Assembly: GCA_002753335.1 (NCBI GenBank)
Contig: PEAD01000012.1
Location: forward strand, 1 to 64,000
Source: Nitrospirae bacterium MYbin3
Lineage (GTDB): Bacteria; Nitrospirota; Thermodesulfovibrionia; Thermodesulfovibrionales; Dissulfurispiraceae
Direction of reading: 5' to 3'
DNA: 64,000 nt
Part shown: positions 30,468 through 38,906 of the stretch, in pieces
How positions within the stretch are numbered: the first letter of the stretch is position 1
How the letters are laid out: every line of letters starts with the position of its first letter
The notes under the pieces: model-generated
The model's database searches: none
Told to the model about the DNA's origin: nothing
Seen by the model: only the letters and a program-made list of their open reading frames with translations
Made by a program: the position numbers and the translations under genes

Positions 30468-32534
30468 ATGAGTTCAATTATTTTGTTTTCTTTAGTTTGC
30501 GGCTTGGCGGGTGTGGCTTATGCACTTTACACCGCAGCGTGGGTATCCAAGCAGGATGCCGGAAGTAAACGTATGCAGGACATTTCAAACGCGGTAAAAG
30601 AGGGGGCGTATGCTTTTCTTGCCCGCGAGTACAAAACTGTTGCTATGGTTGCCGCGGTTCTGTTCGTGGTTCTTTTTGTGGTGCTCGGTTCATGGACCGC
30701 AATAGGATTCCTTATCGGAACGGTCGGCTCGGCATTTGCAGGCTTTGTGGGCATGTGGGTTACTGTCCGTGCAAATGTTCGTACAACACAGGCAGCTTCA
30801 AAGGGTCTTCAGAATGCTTTGACTCTGTCGTTTAAAGGCGGTTCTGTTACAGGCATAATGGTCGTTGGCCTGGGTATTATCGGACTTGCAGGCTACTTTG
30901 CTATGGCAAGAAGCATGGCTGGAGAGCAGGCGTTCCATGCACTTGTAGGCCTCGGCTTTGGCTGCTCCTTAATGTCTGTATTTGCACGTATTGCAGGCGG
31001 CATCTATACCAAAGCTGCTGACGTAGGTGCAGACCTCGTAGGAAAGGTCGAGGCAGGTATTCCTGAGGACGATCCAAGAAACCCGGCTGTTATTGCTGAC
31101 AACGTTGGCGACAACGTTGGCGACTGTGCAGGTATGGCAGCAGACCTCTATGAAACTTACACCGTTACACTTGTTGCAGCGATGCTGTTGGCAAAATCTA
31201 TTTTTGGCGCAGGCAGCCCGTGGGTTGAATTCCCTCTCTTGTTGGGCGGCGTTTCTATCATAGCGTCAATAATAGGCACATACTTTGTAAAGCTGGGCCC
31301 CAGCAATTACATTATGGGAGCTCTCTATAAGGGCTTGGCTGTTTCGGGCGTTCTAGCTGCCGTAGCTTTTTATGGTGTTACCGAGTGGTTTATGGGACAG
31401 CTTGGCGGAAATACCGGAGGCTTTACATCAGGAAGCATCTTCGGCACAGCCTTTATAGGTCTTGCCCTTACAGGCCTTATAGTTTGGATTACAGAATACT
31501 ACACAGCCAAGGAATTCAGGCCTGTGCAGATTATCTCCAAGGCCAGCCTTACCGGCCACGGAACAAATGTTATCGCCGGGCTTGCGATGAGCATGGAAGC
31601 CACAGCGCTTCCGGCATTGGTCATCGTTGGCGCGATACTCGGTTCTTACGGCCTCGGTGGCGGATTCAGCGGCAATGTTGGCGGTGGTTTGTTTGCGATC
31701 GCTCTTTCTGCAGTATCCATGCTTTCTATGACCGGTATTGTTGTTGCAATTGACTCTTACGGCCCGATTACTGACAACGCAGGTGGCATCGCTGAAATGG
31801 CCGAACTGCCTTCTTCTGTTAGAGATATTACCGATCCTCTCGATGCGGTTGGCAATACCACAAAGGCCGTTACCAAAGGGTATGCCATCGGTTCAGCAGG
31901 TCTTGCAGCGCTCGTTCTTTTTGCAGAGTACGCGCGAGAGCTTGCACACAAGATGGGCAATGTGACATTTGATCTTTCAGACCCGTTGGTCATAGGCGGT
32001 CTCTTTATAGGTGGCGCAATCCCTTACTACTTTGGCGGCAGGCTGATGCTTGCGGTCGGCAGGGCAGCAGGTGGTGTTGTTGACGAGGTTCGCAGACAGT
32101 TCCGCGAGATTAAAGGAATTATGGAAGGAACAGGCAAGCCGGAGTATGGCAAGTGCGTTGACATCGTCACCCAGTCTGCCATTAAAGAGATGATGGTGCC
32201 TGCGCTTATCCCGGTTGTCATGCCTATAGTCGTAGGATTTACCCTTGGCCCTAAGGCTCTTGGCGGCTTGCTGATCGGAAGCATCCTGACCGGACTTTTC
32301 CAAGCTATCGCCATGACAAGCGGCGGCGGCGCATGGGACAACGCAAAGAAGGCTTTTGAAGACGGCGTTACGGACGACAAGGGTGTTGTGCATAAGAAGG
32401 GCAGCGACGGACACAAAGCCTCTGTCACAGGTGATACGGTAGGCGATCCTTACAAGGATACGGCTGGTCCGGCTATCAACCCGATGATCAAGGTTATCAA
32501 TATCGTCGCACTGCTTATAGTTCCTCTTTTATAA
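30468..32534 (+). CDS. hppA: Membrane H+-translocating pyrophosphatase, K+-independent type
   Basis: [26 protein letters not shown] (Lys form), [14 protein letters not shown]. Confidence 0.96.
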   Translation: MSSIILFSLVCGLAGVAYALYTAAWVSKQDAGSKRMQDISNAVKEGAYAFLAREYKTVAMVAAVLFVVLFVVLGSWTAIGFLIGTVGSAFAGFVGMWVTVRANVRTTQAASKGLQNALTLSFKGGSVTGIMVVGLGIIGLAGYFAMARSMAGEQAFHALVGLGFGCSLMSVFARIAGGIYTKAADVGADLVGKVEAGIPEDDPRNPAVIADNVGDNVGDCAGMAADLYETYTVTLVAAMLLAKSIFGAGSPWVEFPLLLGGVSIIASIIGTYFVKLGPSNYIMGALYKGLAVSGVLAAVAFYGVTEWFMGQLGGNTGGFTSGSIFGTAFIGLALTGLIVWITEYYTAKEFRPVQIISKASLTGHGTNVIAGLAMSMEATALPALVIVGAILGSYGLGGGFSGNVGGGLFAIALSAVSMLSMTGIVVAIDSYGPITDNAGGIAEMAELPSSVRDITDPLDAVGNTTKAVTKGYAIGSAGLAALVLFAEYARELAHKMGNVTFDLSDPLVIGGLFIGGAIPYYFGGRLMLAVGRAAGGVVDEVRRQFREIKGIMEGTGKPEYGKCVDIVTQSAIKEMMVPALIPVVMPIVVGFTLGPKALGGLLIGSILTGLFQAIAMTSGGGAWDNAKKAFEDGVTDDKGVVHKKGSDGHKASVTGDTVGDPYKDTAGPAINPMIKVINIVALLIVPLL

Positions 32535-32549
32535 TTTTCTATGCAATCG

Positions 32550-32586
32550 AGAGGCCGGTAATCATGATGATTGCCGGCCTCTTTTT
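32550..32586 (+). terminator. Intrinsic terminator after hppA
   Basis: AGAGGCCGGTAATCA-tga-TGATTGCCGGCCTCT-TTTT. Confidence 0.85.
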
Positions 32587-32689
32587 GTTTGAAAAGTTTG
32601 ATGTAGTTTTAGGCTTTAATATCTGCTATAATCATTCTATCTGTTTTTATACAGCTAATATCTATCAACAAACATAAGGAGGATAAGAA

Positions 32690-33118
32690 ATGGCAAAGGC
32701 TAAAAAAGCGAAGAAGGCTGCACCGAAAAAGGTAGTAAAGAAGGCTGCTGCGAAAGGGGCTAAAAAGGCTGCTGCACCCAAGGCTATCACACCTGACAAG
32801 CTTGCAAAGCTTTCATTTGAGGAGCTTGTTTCTGCAAACATTACAGCAATGACACAGACCATAGGCAACTTGAGCGATACGGTCGATATTATTTCACAGA
32901 AGATGGAGAGCTTGGCATTCCATGTAATAGCGATAGAAGGTGTTCTTGCTGAGGTCGTTGCAGCAAGCGGCGTTGACATTGCAGCTATCAACAGCAATAT
33001 CAATTGCCGGGTAGCAGGCGGCACCGATGGAAAAGGCAATGCAAACAGGGCGATAGATATAGCTGCAACAATAGTCGCACCGTTGCCGAAGAAAAAAGCG
33101 GCTGTACGCAAGCGTTAA
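32690..33118 (+). CDS. Hypothetical protein with a Lys/Ala/Pro-rich histone-H1-like N-terminal tail
   Basis: MAKAKKAKKAAPKKVVKKAAAKGAKKAAAPK then a helical domain; strong SD, own TGCTATAAT upstream and terminator downstream. Confidence 0.8.
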   Translation: MAKAKKAKKAAPKKVVKKAAAKGAKKAAAPKAITPDKLAKLSFEELVSANITAMTQTIGNLSDTVDIISQKMESLAFHVIAIEGVLAEVVAASGVDIAAINSNINCRVAGGTDGKGNANRAIDIAATIVAPLPKKKAAVRKR

Positions 33119-33134
33119 AACTTTTTTTGCTCAT

Positions 33135-33168
33135 AAAACGGGAAAGGCTTACAGCTTTTCCCGTTTTT
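33135..33168 (+). terminator. Intrinsic terminator
   Basis: AAAACGGGAAAGGCT-tac-AGCTTTTCCCGTTTT-T. Confidence 0.8.
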
Positions 33169-33242
33169 GTTTTTAGATGCTTGCCAAAAAGTATTTTTTT
33201 TTAGTATTATAGTTATCCAAATTTATTGCAGGAGGGATAAAC

Positions 33243-33443
33243 TTGAAGGAAGGTATTCACCCCAAATATAAAGAAGCAAAAGTGCTCTGCGCCTGCGGCG
33301 AAACATTTGCCACAAGGTCAACGAGGGAGGCGATCCGCCTTGATATATGCTCTAAATGCCACCCTTTCTTTACCGGCAAGCAAAAGCTTGTAGACGCTGA
33401 AGGAAGAGTGGAGAAGTTTAAGAAAAAATACGCAAAGAAGTAG
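33243..33443 (+). CDS. rpmE: 50S ribosomal protein L31, zinc-binding form
   Basis: [23 protein letters not shown]. Confidence 0.97.
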   Translation: MKEGIHPKYKEAKVLCACGETFATRSTREAIRLDICSKCHPFFTGKQKLVDAEGRVEKFKKKYAKK

Positions 33444-33462
33444 CTGCTTTTTTAAAAAATAT

Positions 33463-33494
33463 GGGATTAGGTTTGCACATTCCTAATCCCTTTT
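33463..33494 (+). terminator. Hairpin/terminator after rpmE
   Basis: GGGATTAGG...CCTAATCCC-TTTT. Confidence 0.65.
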
Positions 33495-33516
33495 ATTTTG
33501 TCTTGAGGAGCTTATT

Positions 33517-34416
33517 ATGCAAAACATAGGCGGACAGGCGGTAATTGAAGGCGTTATGATGAAGTCCAAAAGCGGCTGGAGTGTTGCTGTACGAGGCCCT
33601 AAGGGCGATATCAGCTTTAAGACCGTAAAGAGCCGCACTATGCCTAAGATTCTTCAACTGCCTGTTATACGCGGAGTTGCCGCTCTTTTCCATGCACTTA
33701 TAATAGGGGTGAAGGCTATCGAGTTTTCTGGAGGCGTCGCCTATCAGGAGGACAACGATGAAAAACCGGTGGGGGCGTGGACCATTAGTTTTTCGATACT
33801 CGCCGCAATTTTTCTGGCAATGTTCCTTTTTAAATTTCTTCCGTTGTACATAACTACCCTGCTCAGTGATGTGAATCAGGGAATATCCCAGAGTTCGTTT
33901 CTTTTTAATTTTATCGACGGAATTTTACGTGTCGGCATTTTTCTTTTGTACATTTTTTCTATAGGGCTTTGGAAGGAAATGCGCAGGATTTATGAGTATC
34001 ACGGTGCAGAGCATAAGGTTATATATGCGTTTGAGGCGGGCGAACCGCTTACGGTTGAGAATGCCAGAAAGTACAAGCCGTACCATACAAGATGCGGAAC
34101 GAGCTTTCTTTTGATTGTGATGGTGCTAAGTATAATAATTTTTATGGCGATTCCAAAGGACTGGACATTTGCCGAAAAGCTGTTTTCACGGCTGCTGCTG
34201 GTGCCGTTTATTGCCGGAATCTCTTATGAGGTGCTGAAACTTTCTGCAAAACTGCACGAAAATCCGATATTCAGGCTTGCTATATTGCCTGGACTGCTTC
34301 TCCAGAGGATGACCGTACGGGAGCCTGATGATTCACAGATAGAGGTTGCGATAGCGGCGATAAAAGAGGTTCTTACTCTTGAGCCGGACTTGAAAGAGGC
34401 CTGCAGGCAATGTTAG
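33517..34416 (+). CDS. DUF1385 membrane protein
   Basis: [26 protein letters not shown]; usual rpmE-prfA context. Confidence 0.9.
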   Translation: MQNIGGQAVIEGVMMKSKSGWSVAVRGPKGDISFKTVKSRTMPKILQLPVIRGVAALFHALIIGVKAIEFSGGVAYQEDNDEKPVGAWTISFSILAAIFLAMFLFKFLPLYITTLLSDVNQGISQSSFLFNFIDGILRVGIFLLYIFSIGLWKEMRRIYEYHGAEHKVIYAFEAGEPLTVENARKYKPYHTRCGTSFLLIVMVLSIIIFMAIPKDWTFAEKLFSRLLLVPFIAGISYEVLKLSAKLHENPIFRLAILPGLLLQRMTVREPDDSQIEVAIAAIKEVLTLEPDLKEACRQC

Positions 34417-35471
34417 AAAAGCTTTTGCTCATAGAAGAAAAATACGAGGCAAACAATCAGGCCTTGATGGACAATATTGTTTTGTCGAATCCTCAGGAGT
34501 ATCAGCGTTATTCAAAAGAGCAGTCGGAGCTCACACCTATTGTTGAAAAGATCAGGGAGTATAAAAAGCTGCTTAAGGGCATAGAGGATTCGGAGGAGAT
34601 GCTCAAAGGCGGTGATGCTGAGATAAAAGAGCTTGCGCAGGAAGAGCTCGAGGAGCTCAAGAAAAGAAAGCCGGAGCTTGAAGAAGAGCTCAAACTGATG
34701 CTTTTGCCCAAGGACCCACGGGATGACAGAAACGTAATACTTGAGATACGTGCAGGAACCGGAGGCGAGGAAGCGGCCTTGTTCGGCGCATCTCTTTTCA
34801 GAATGTACGCAAAGTATGCCGAGGCAAGGAGATGGAAGATAGAGGTTATAGATTCAAACCCTACCGGACTTGGCGGCATTAAAGAAATAATAGCCAATAT
34901 AACCGGAAAGGGCGCATACAGCAAACTTAAATACGAGAGCGGTGTGCATAGAGTGCAGCGCGTACCGGTCACCGAGGCTTCAGGCAGAATACACACATCA
35001 GCCGCTACTGTGGCTGTTCTCCCGGAGGCTGAAGAGGTTGATATAAAGGTTGAGGAAAAAGATTTGAGGATCGACACCTTCTGCGCATCAGGACCCGGAG
35101 GTCAGGGCGTCAACACCACCTATTCTGCAGTAAGGATAACTCATGTTCCCACAGGCCTTGTTGTTCAGTGTCAGGATGAACGCTCGCAGATAAAGAACCG
35201 TGATAAGGCTATGAAAGTGTTAAGGGCGAGGCTGCTTGAGCTCGAGATGGAAAAGAAGGAGAAGGAGCGAGCCCAGGACAGAAAAAGTCAGGTCGGTACG
35301 GGCGACAGGAGCGAACGCATACGTACTTACAACTATCCGCAGAACCGTGTCACCGACCACAGGATCGGGCTTACGCTTCACAAGCTTGAGCAGGTGCTTG
35401 AAGGTGATCTTGAAGAAATGATCGATGCGCTTAACACACACTACCAGGCCGAGAGGCTCAAGGATTTATAG
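34410..35471 (+). CDS. prfA: Peptide chain release factor 1
   Basis: RVPVTE (PxT) and GPGGQGVN motifs. Confidence 0.97.
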   Translation: MLEKLLLIEEKYEANNQALMDNIVLSNPQEYQRYSKEQSELTPIVEKIREYKKLLKGIEDSEEMLKGGDAEIKELAQEELEELKKRKPELEEELKLMLLPKDPRDDRNVILEIRAGTGGEEAALFGASLFRMYAKYAEARRWKIEVIDSNPTGLGGIKEIIANITGKGAYSKLKYESGVHRVQRVPVTEASGRIHTSAATVAVLPEAEEVDIKVEEKDLRIDTFCASGPGGQGVNTTYSAVRITHVPTGLVVQCQDERSQIKNRDKAMKVLRARLLELEMEKKEKERAQDRKSQVGTGDRSERIRTYNYPQNRVTDHRIGLTLHKLEQVLEGDLEEMIDALNTHYQAERLKDL

Positions 35472-35500
35472 CTGTTTCTGACTGTTCTATTTCGGTCGGT

Positions 35501-36334
35501 ATGAAGAGTATGTTTTTTTCGGTTATAGCGAGCATAGTGTTCGGATATGCTATCTTTTTGGGATTAATCTATCTTACTCAAGACAGCATGGTCTATTTCC
35601 CCGTAAAGGAACTTTTTACAAATCCCAAGCAGTCGGGCATGGAATACGATGAGGTCATGTTTAGTACCTCAGACGGCATTACCATATCCGCATGGTATAT
35701 TCCTGTTCAGTCTGGTGTACAGGAGAGGGGTACGGTTCTGTTTTGCCACGGCAATGCCGGCAATATTTCTCATAGAATAGATTCGATACGCATCTTTCAT
35801 GAACTCGGCTTTTCGGTGCTGATTTTCGATTATCGCGGGTATGGCAACAGCGGGGGCAAACCATCCGAAGACGGTACATATCTTGATGCCGAGGCTGCTT
35901 GGGAATATCTTACGATGACAAAGAAGATAAGTCCAGATAAGATAATCCTTTTCGGCCGTTCGCTGGGAAGCGCTGTAGCAGCAGAAACAGCGCTAAGAAA
36001 AAAAGCGGGTGTTCTTGTAATAGAGTCTGGCTTTACATCGCTGTCCGATTTAGGCAGCTTTATTTATCCTTACCTTCCTGTTAGGCTTATCGCAAAATAT
36101 AAATATTCGACTATTGATAAAATCAGCGGTATAAATATTCCGAAACTTTTCATTCACAGCCCTGACGACCAGATAGTGCCTTTTAAACAAGGCAGGGAGC
36201 TATACGAAAAAGCGGCCGGCCCGAAGGAATTTCTGGAGATAAAAGGCGGCCACAACGATGGTTTTATGGTCACCGGAAGGCCTTATATAGACGGAATGAA
36301 CAGGTTTATTTCGGATCATCTTATGCCGAATTGA
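35501..36334 (+). CDS. Membrane-anchored alpha/beta hydrolase (Bem46/ABHD-like)
   Basis: HGNAGN, DYRGYG, GRSLG nucleophile elbow, GGHND. Confidence 0.9.
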   Translation: MKSMFFSVIASIVFGYAIFLGLIYLTQDSMVYFPVKELFTNPKQSGMEYDEVMFSTSDGITISAWYIPVQSGVQERGTVLFCHGNAGNISHRIDSIRIFHELGFSVLIFDYRGYGNSGGKPSEDGTYLDAEAAWEYLTMTKKISPDKIILFGRSLGSAVAAETALRKKAGVLVIESGFTSLSDLGSFIYPYLPVRLIAKYKYSTIDKISGINIPKLFIHSPDDQIVPFKQGRELYEKAAGPKEFLEIKGGHNDGFMVTGRPYIDGMNRFISDHLMPN

Positions 36335-36438
36335 AAAAAGATTAGAATGAAAAAATAGTTTGACACGCGCTATACTATTTAAATACATTGAAAACTTTTT
36401 AATTTACGTTTCAGAAATTAAAATCTGATGGGGGCAAT

Positions 36439-37155
36439 ATGAAAAAAATTGCTATTTTTCTTGCAGCAGCAGCTTTGTTTTCGGGAATAGCTTTTGCCGG
36501 AGAAAAAGAGGAGGCGATCGCTGTTGCCGTTGCGGATTATCTTTTGTCCGCAAGGGACGTGCTGTCGAATAACCAAATACTGATAAACGATGCTTCAAAG
36601 GGAGATAAGGGTTTTACACCGGACGTTTATGAAAAACAGGTACAGGTCAGGTTTCTTGCAGCGGCAGGCATAGATGTAAAATCGCTTACGGGCAAAGAGA
36701 ACGAAGAGCTTCATAAGGCGATATATAAGATACATGCTGCCGCAAAAGAAGTGATTGCCGAGGCGCAGGCGCAGATAAACGAGAAGGGCAAGGGTTTTAA
36801 GTGGTTTAACCCGGCCGTCTTCGGGAGGCGCGTTGGCGAGAAGCTCCAAGCTTCAGGGATTACAGTTAAGCAGACGAGTCTCAAGTATCGTAACGATAAA
36901 AATAAGCCGGATGAGTTTGAGTCAGGAATGCTTAAGAAATTTGAAGCCGGCAAAAAAGACGCTCATTTTGAAGAGGCTGTAGTAAATGGGACTAAAATGG
37001 CGCGGTATATTCTTCCGGTCCATGTTTACAAAGGCTGTCTCAGCTGCCACGGCGATCCTATAGGTGAAAAAGATATCTCCGGATATGCAAAAGAGGGCTA
37101 CAAAGAGGGACAGATTCGAGGCGCTATAAGCGTGATGGTTCCTATAAAACAATAA
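36439..37155 (+). CDS. Periplasmic DUF3365 (Tll0287-like) monoheme c-type cytochrome
   Basis: Signal peptide; RNDKNKPDEFE, CLSCHG, GYKEGQIRGAISV. Confidence 0.85.
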   Translation: MKKIAIFLAAAALFSGIAFAGEKEEAIAVAVADYLLSARDVLSNNQILINDASKGDKGFTPDVYEKQVQVRFLAAAGIDVKSLTGKENEELHKAIYKIHAAAKEVIAEAQAQINEKGKGFKWFNPAVFGRRVGEKLQASGITVKQTSLKYRNDKNKPDEFESGMLKKFEAGKKDAHFEEAVVNGTKMARYILPVHVYKGCLSCHGDPIGEKDISGYAKEGYKEGQIRGAISVMVPIKQ

Positions 37156-37176
37156 CTTTACTGTAAGGCTGGTTTT

Positions 37177-37659
37177 ATGGAACGACGCAGCAAAGAGATG
37201 ACCCGGATCAATCCTGAGGATATATTAAGAAAAAGGTTTTCCGCGCGCTTCAGGGGGGCTTCGCGCAAAAAGGTGCTTGAGTTTCTAGACACCACAAGTC
37301 TTATGCTGCGGGATGCCTTGGTCGAGAATATGGATTTAAGGGAGCGGCTTAAGGCATCGGCAGATACTCTTAAAGAGCGCAAGGATGAGAGCAATTTGGT
37401 TATCGATAAACTGACTGTTTCGATACAGGAAGCCAAACATATGCGCTCTGAGGCTCTAAACAGGGCATTTCAGATTATGGCCCAAACTGATGAAAAGGTT
37501 GAGCGCATGATTGCCAAGGCCCAGCTTGAATCTATCAAAATTCATGAAGACATAGACCAGGCAAGGATATTGAAGCTTCATTTCCAAAACGAGCTGGATA
37601 TGCTTGTGGGCAATCATCTTGAAATGATTGAGCATGTTATTACAGGAAAGGGCGAGTGA
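37177..37659 (+). CDS. Divergent DivIVA-domain coiled-coil protein
   Basis: INPEDILRKRFSARFRG...VLEFLD resembles the DivIVA N-terminus; start may be 37198. Confidence 0.65.
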   Translation: MERRSKEMTRINPEDILRKRFSARFRGASRKKVLEFLDTTSLMLRDALVENMDLRERLKASADTLKERKDESNLVIDKLTVSIQEAKHMRSEALNRAFQIMAQTDEKVERMIAKAQLESIKIHEDIDQARILKLHFQNELDMLVGNHLEMIEHVITGKGE

Positions 37660-37660
37660 G

Positions 37661-38353
37661 TTATTTTGCCTTTCCTGTTTTCTGATTCATAAGATACATT
37701 TCTAGCGAGTTCTTGTATGTGCTTTCGCAGTTTAGCTTTTTGAAGATAGATACAATATCTTTATATACTGTTTTGTCACCAATGCTCCGTGCCATCAAGT
37801 AGCCGTAAAAGGGGCCTTCTACAATTGATTTTTTCAGTTCATCAAGAGGGATTTCTTCAACAATTTTTCCGCAATACATCACATCCACAACATCTTTCAA
37901 TACAGCTGCTGCCTGAGGAGAATTAAGATTGAGGCTGTTTATAAACTTGCGGCTTGTTTCTGGCTCCACAGCAGTCTGCGCCGGACTTAATGCAGTGGCG
38001 GACTCAGCTTTTTGAGCAGGCTGTTGGGGCTGCTGTGTTTGCTCGGGTTTCGCAGCTGCAGGCAGAGTTTGAAGAGGTTTGTCTGCAGTCTTAACTTCAG
38101 TAGAAGATGACTGGACTTCAGAAACTTTAGCCGGTAGTGGCTGGACATCTTTTTTCAAAACTTCTTGTTGTTCTTTTGCAGGTTCCGCTTTCTGTTGTCC
38201 CTTCACCTCTTTTTGTTCCGGTTTCTTTTCTTCAACCTTGTCTTTAGGGTTTTTATCGAACCAATTAAGAGGATTCAGCTCTAAAGCAAACGCTGTGTGG
38301 GTAAAAGCCGGTATAAGCAAAACCACAACCATAGCAAAAAAAAGTCTTTTCAT
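37661..38353 (-). CDS. Secreted hypothetical protein with a Q/P/K/E-rich linker
   Basis: MKRLFF...AFA signal peptide; GGAGG SD before ATG 38353. Confidence 0.7.
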   Translation of the reverse strand: MKRLFFAMVVVLLIPAFTHTAFALELNPLNWFDKNPKDKVEEKKPEQKEVKGQQKAEPAKEQQEVLKKDVQPLPAKVSEVQSSSTEVKTADKPLQTLPAAAKPEQTQQPQQPAQKAESATALSPAQTAVEPETSRKFINSLNLNSPQAAAVLKDVVDVMYCGKIVEEIPLDELKKSIVEGPFYGYLMARSIGDKTVYKDIVSIFKKLNCESTYKNSLEMYLMNQKTGKAK

Positions 38354-38493
38354 TATCGCCTCCTGATATTTTCTATAATTAGTTTTCTGGGCAATTATGT
38401 ATCGAATATACATTGTTCCAATCTAGAAGTAAAACATAGTATCGCAAAAAAGAGCCATACATTTCTGCACAGCTCTTTGTATATAGTTGATGA

Positions 38494-38651
38494 AATGTCT
38501 CTGTGGTGGGCCACAAGCCTCTTTTTCAATTGTGGGAGCTTCGGCAGATGCTTTAGGCTTCCCCCTCGCTTCTGGGGGCTTGCTCACCACATCTTGTTCC
38601 AGCTCCATTGCTGCTTATAATTCCTTATGGCTTACACCACAGAGAGTCATT
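38494..38651 (-). ncRNA. ssrS: 6S RNA
   Basis: Terminal stem UCUCUGUGGUG/CACCACAGAGA, UAAGCC/GGCUUG, a large A-rich central bubble, GGAGCU/AGCUCC, and an apical UGGUGAGCA...GAAGCCUAAA resembling E. coli 6S; promoter upstream. Confidence 0.8.
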
Positions 38652-38672
38652 GCAATCTTCTCGTATGATAAA

Positions 38673-38701
38673 AGCCTATCACCGAAAACAATCTTCGTCA
38701 A
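38673..38701 (-). promoter_or_regulatory. Sigma70 promoter for the 6S RNA
   Basis: TTGACG-N17-TAGGCT with extended TG on the minus strand. Confidence 0.6.
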
Positions 38702-38728
38702 GATAAATTTTGACAGATAAATTTTGAC
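38701..38728. repeat. Exact 14-bp tandem duplication AGATAAATTTTGAC x2
   Basis: Read directly from the sequence. Confidence 0.85.
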
Positions 38729-38906
38729 AAATAGGTATAGAAAAAGATTTCTTAACTGCTTCAAAATTCTATGCGGTTAGAGTATTTTTCAAGGCTAATC
38801 CTATTTATAAACTTGACTGAAACTTTGTTTTTGATTTTTACCTTCTCAACTAGTGCATTAGATAAGCCATATGGGAATTTAGCGATTTCTGTTGCTATAA
38901 TTAACA

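Noticed and set aside
34410..36334. prmC absent after prfA
   Set aside because: prmC position varies widely, so its absence here is not informative without the rest of the genome
38297..38720. Small ORFs 38297..38620, 38423..38608 and 38487..38720
   Set aside because: Better explained by the 6S RNA structure and its promoter
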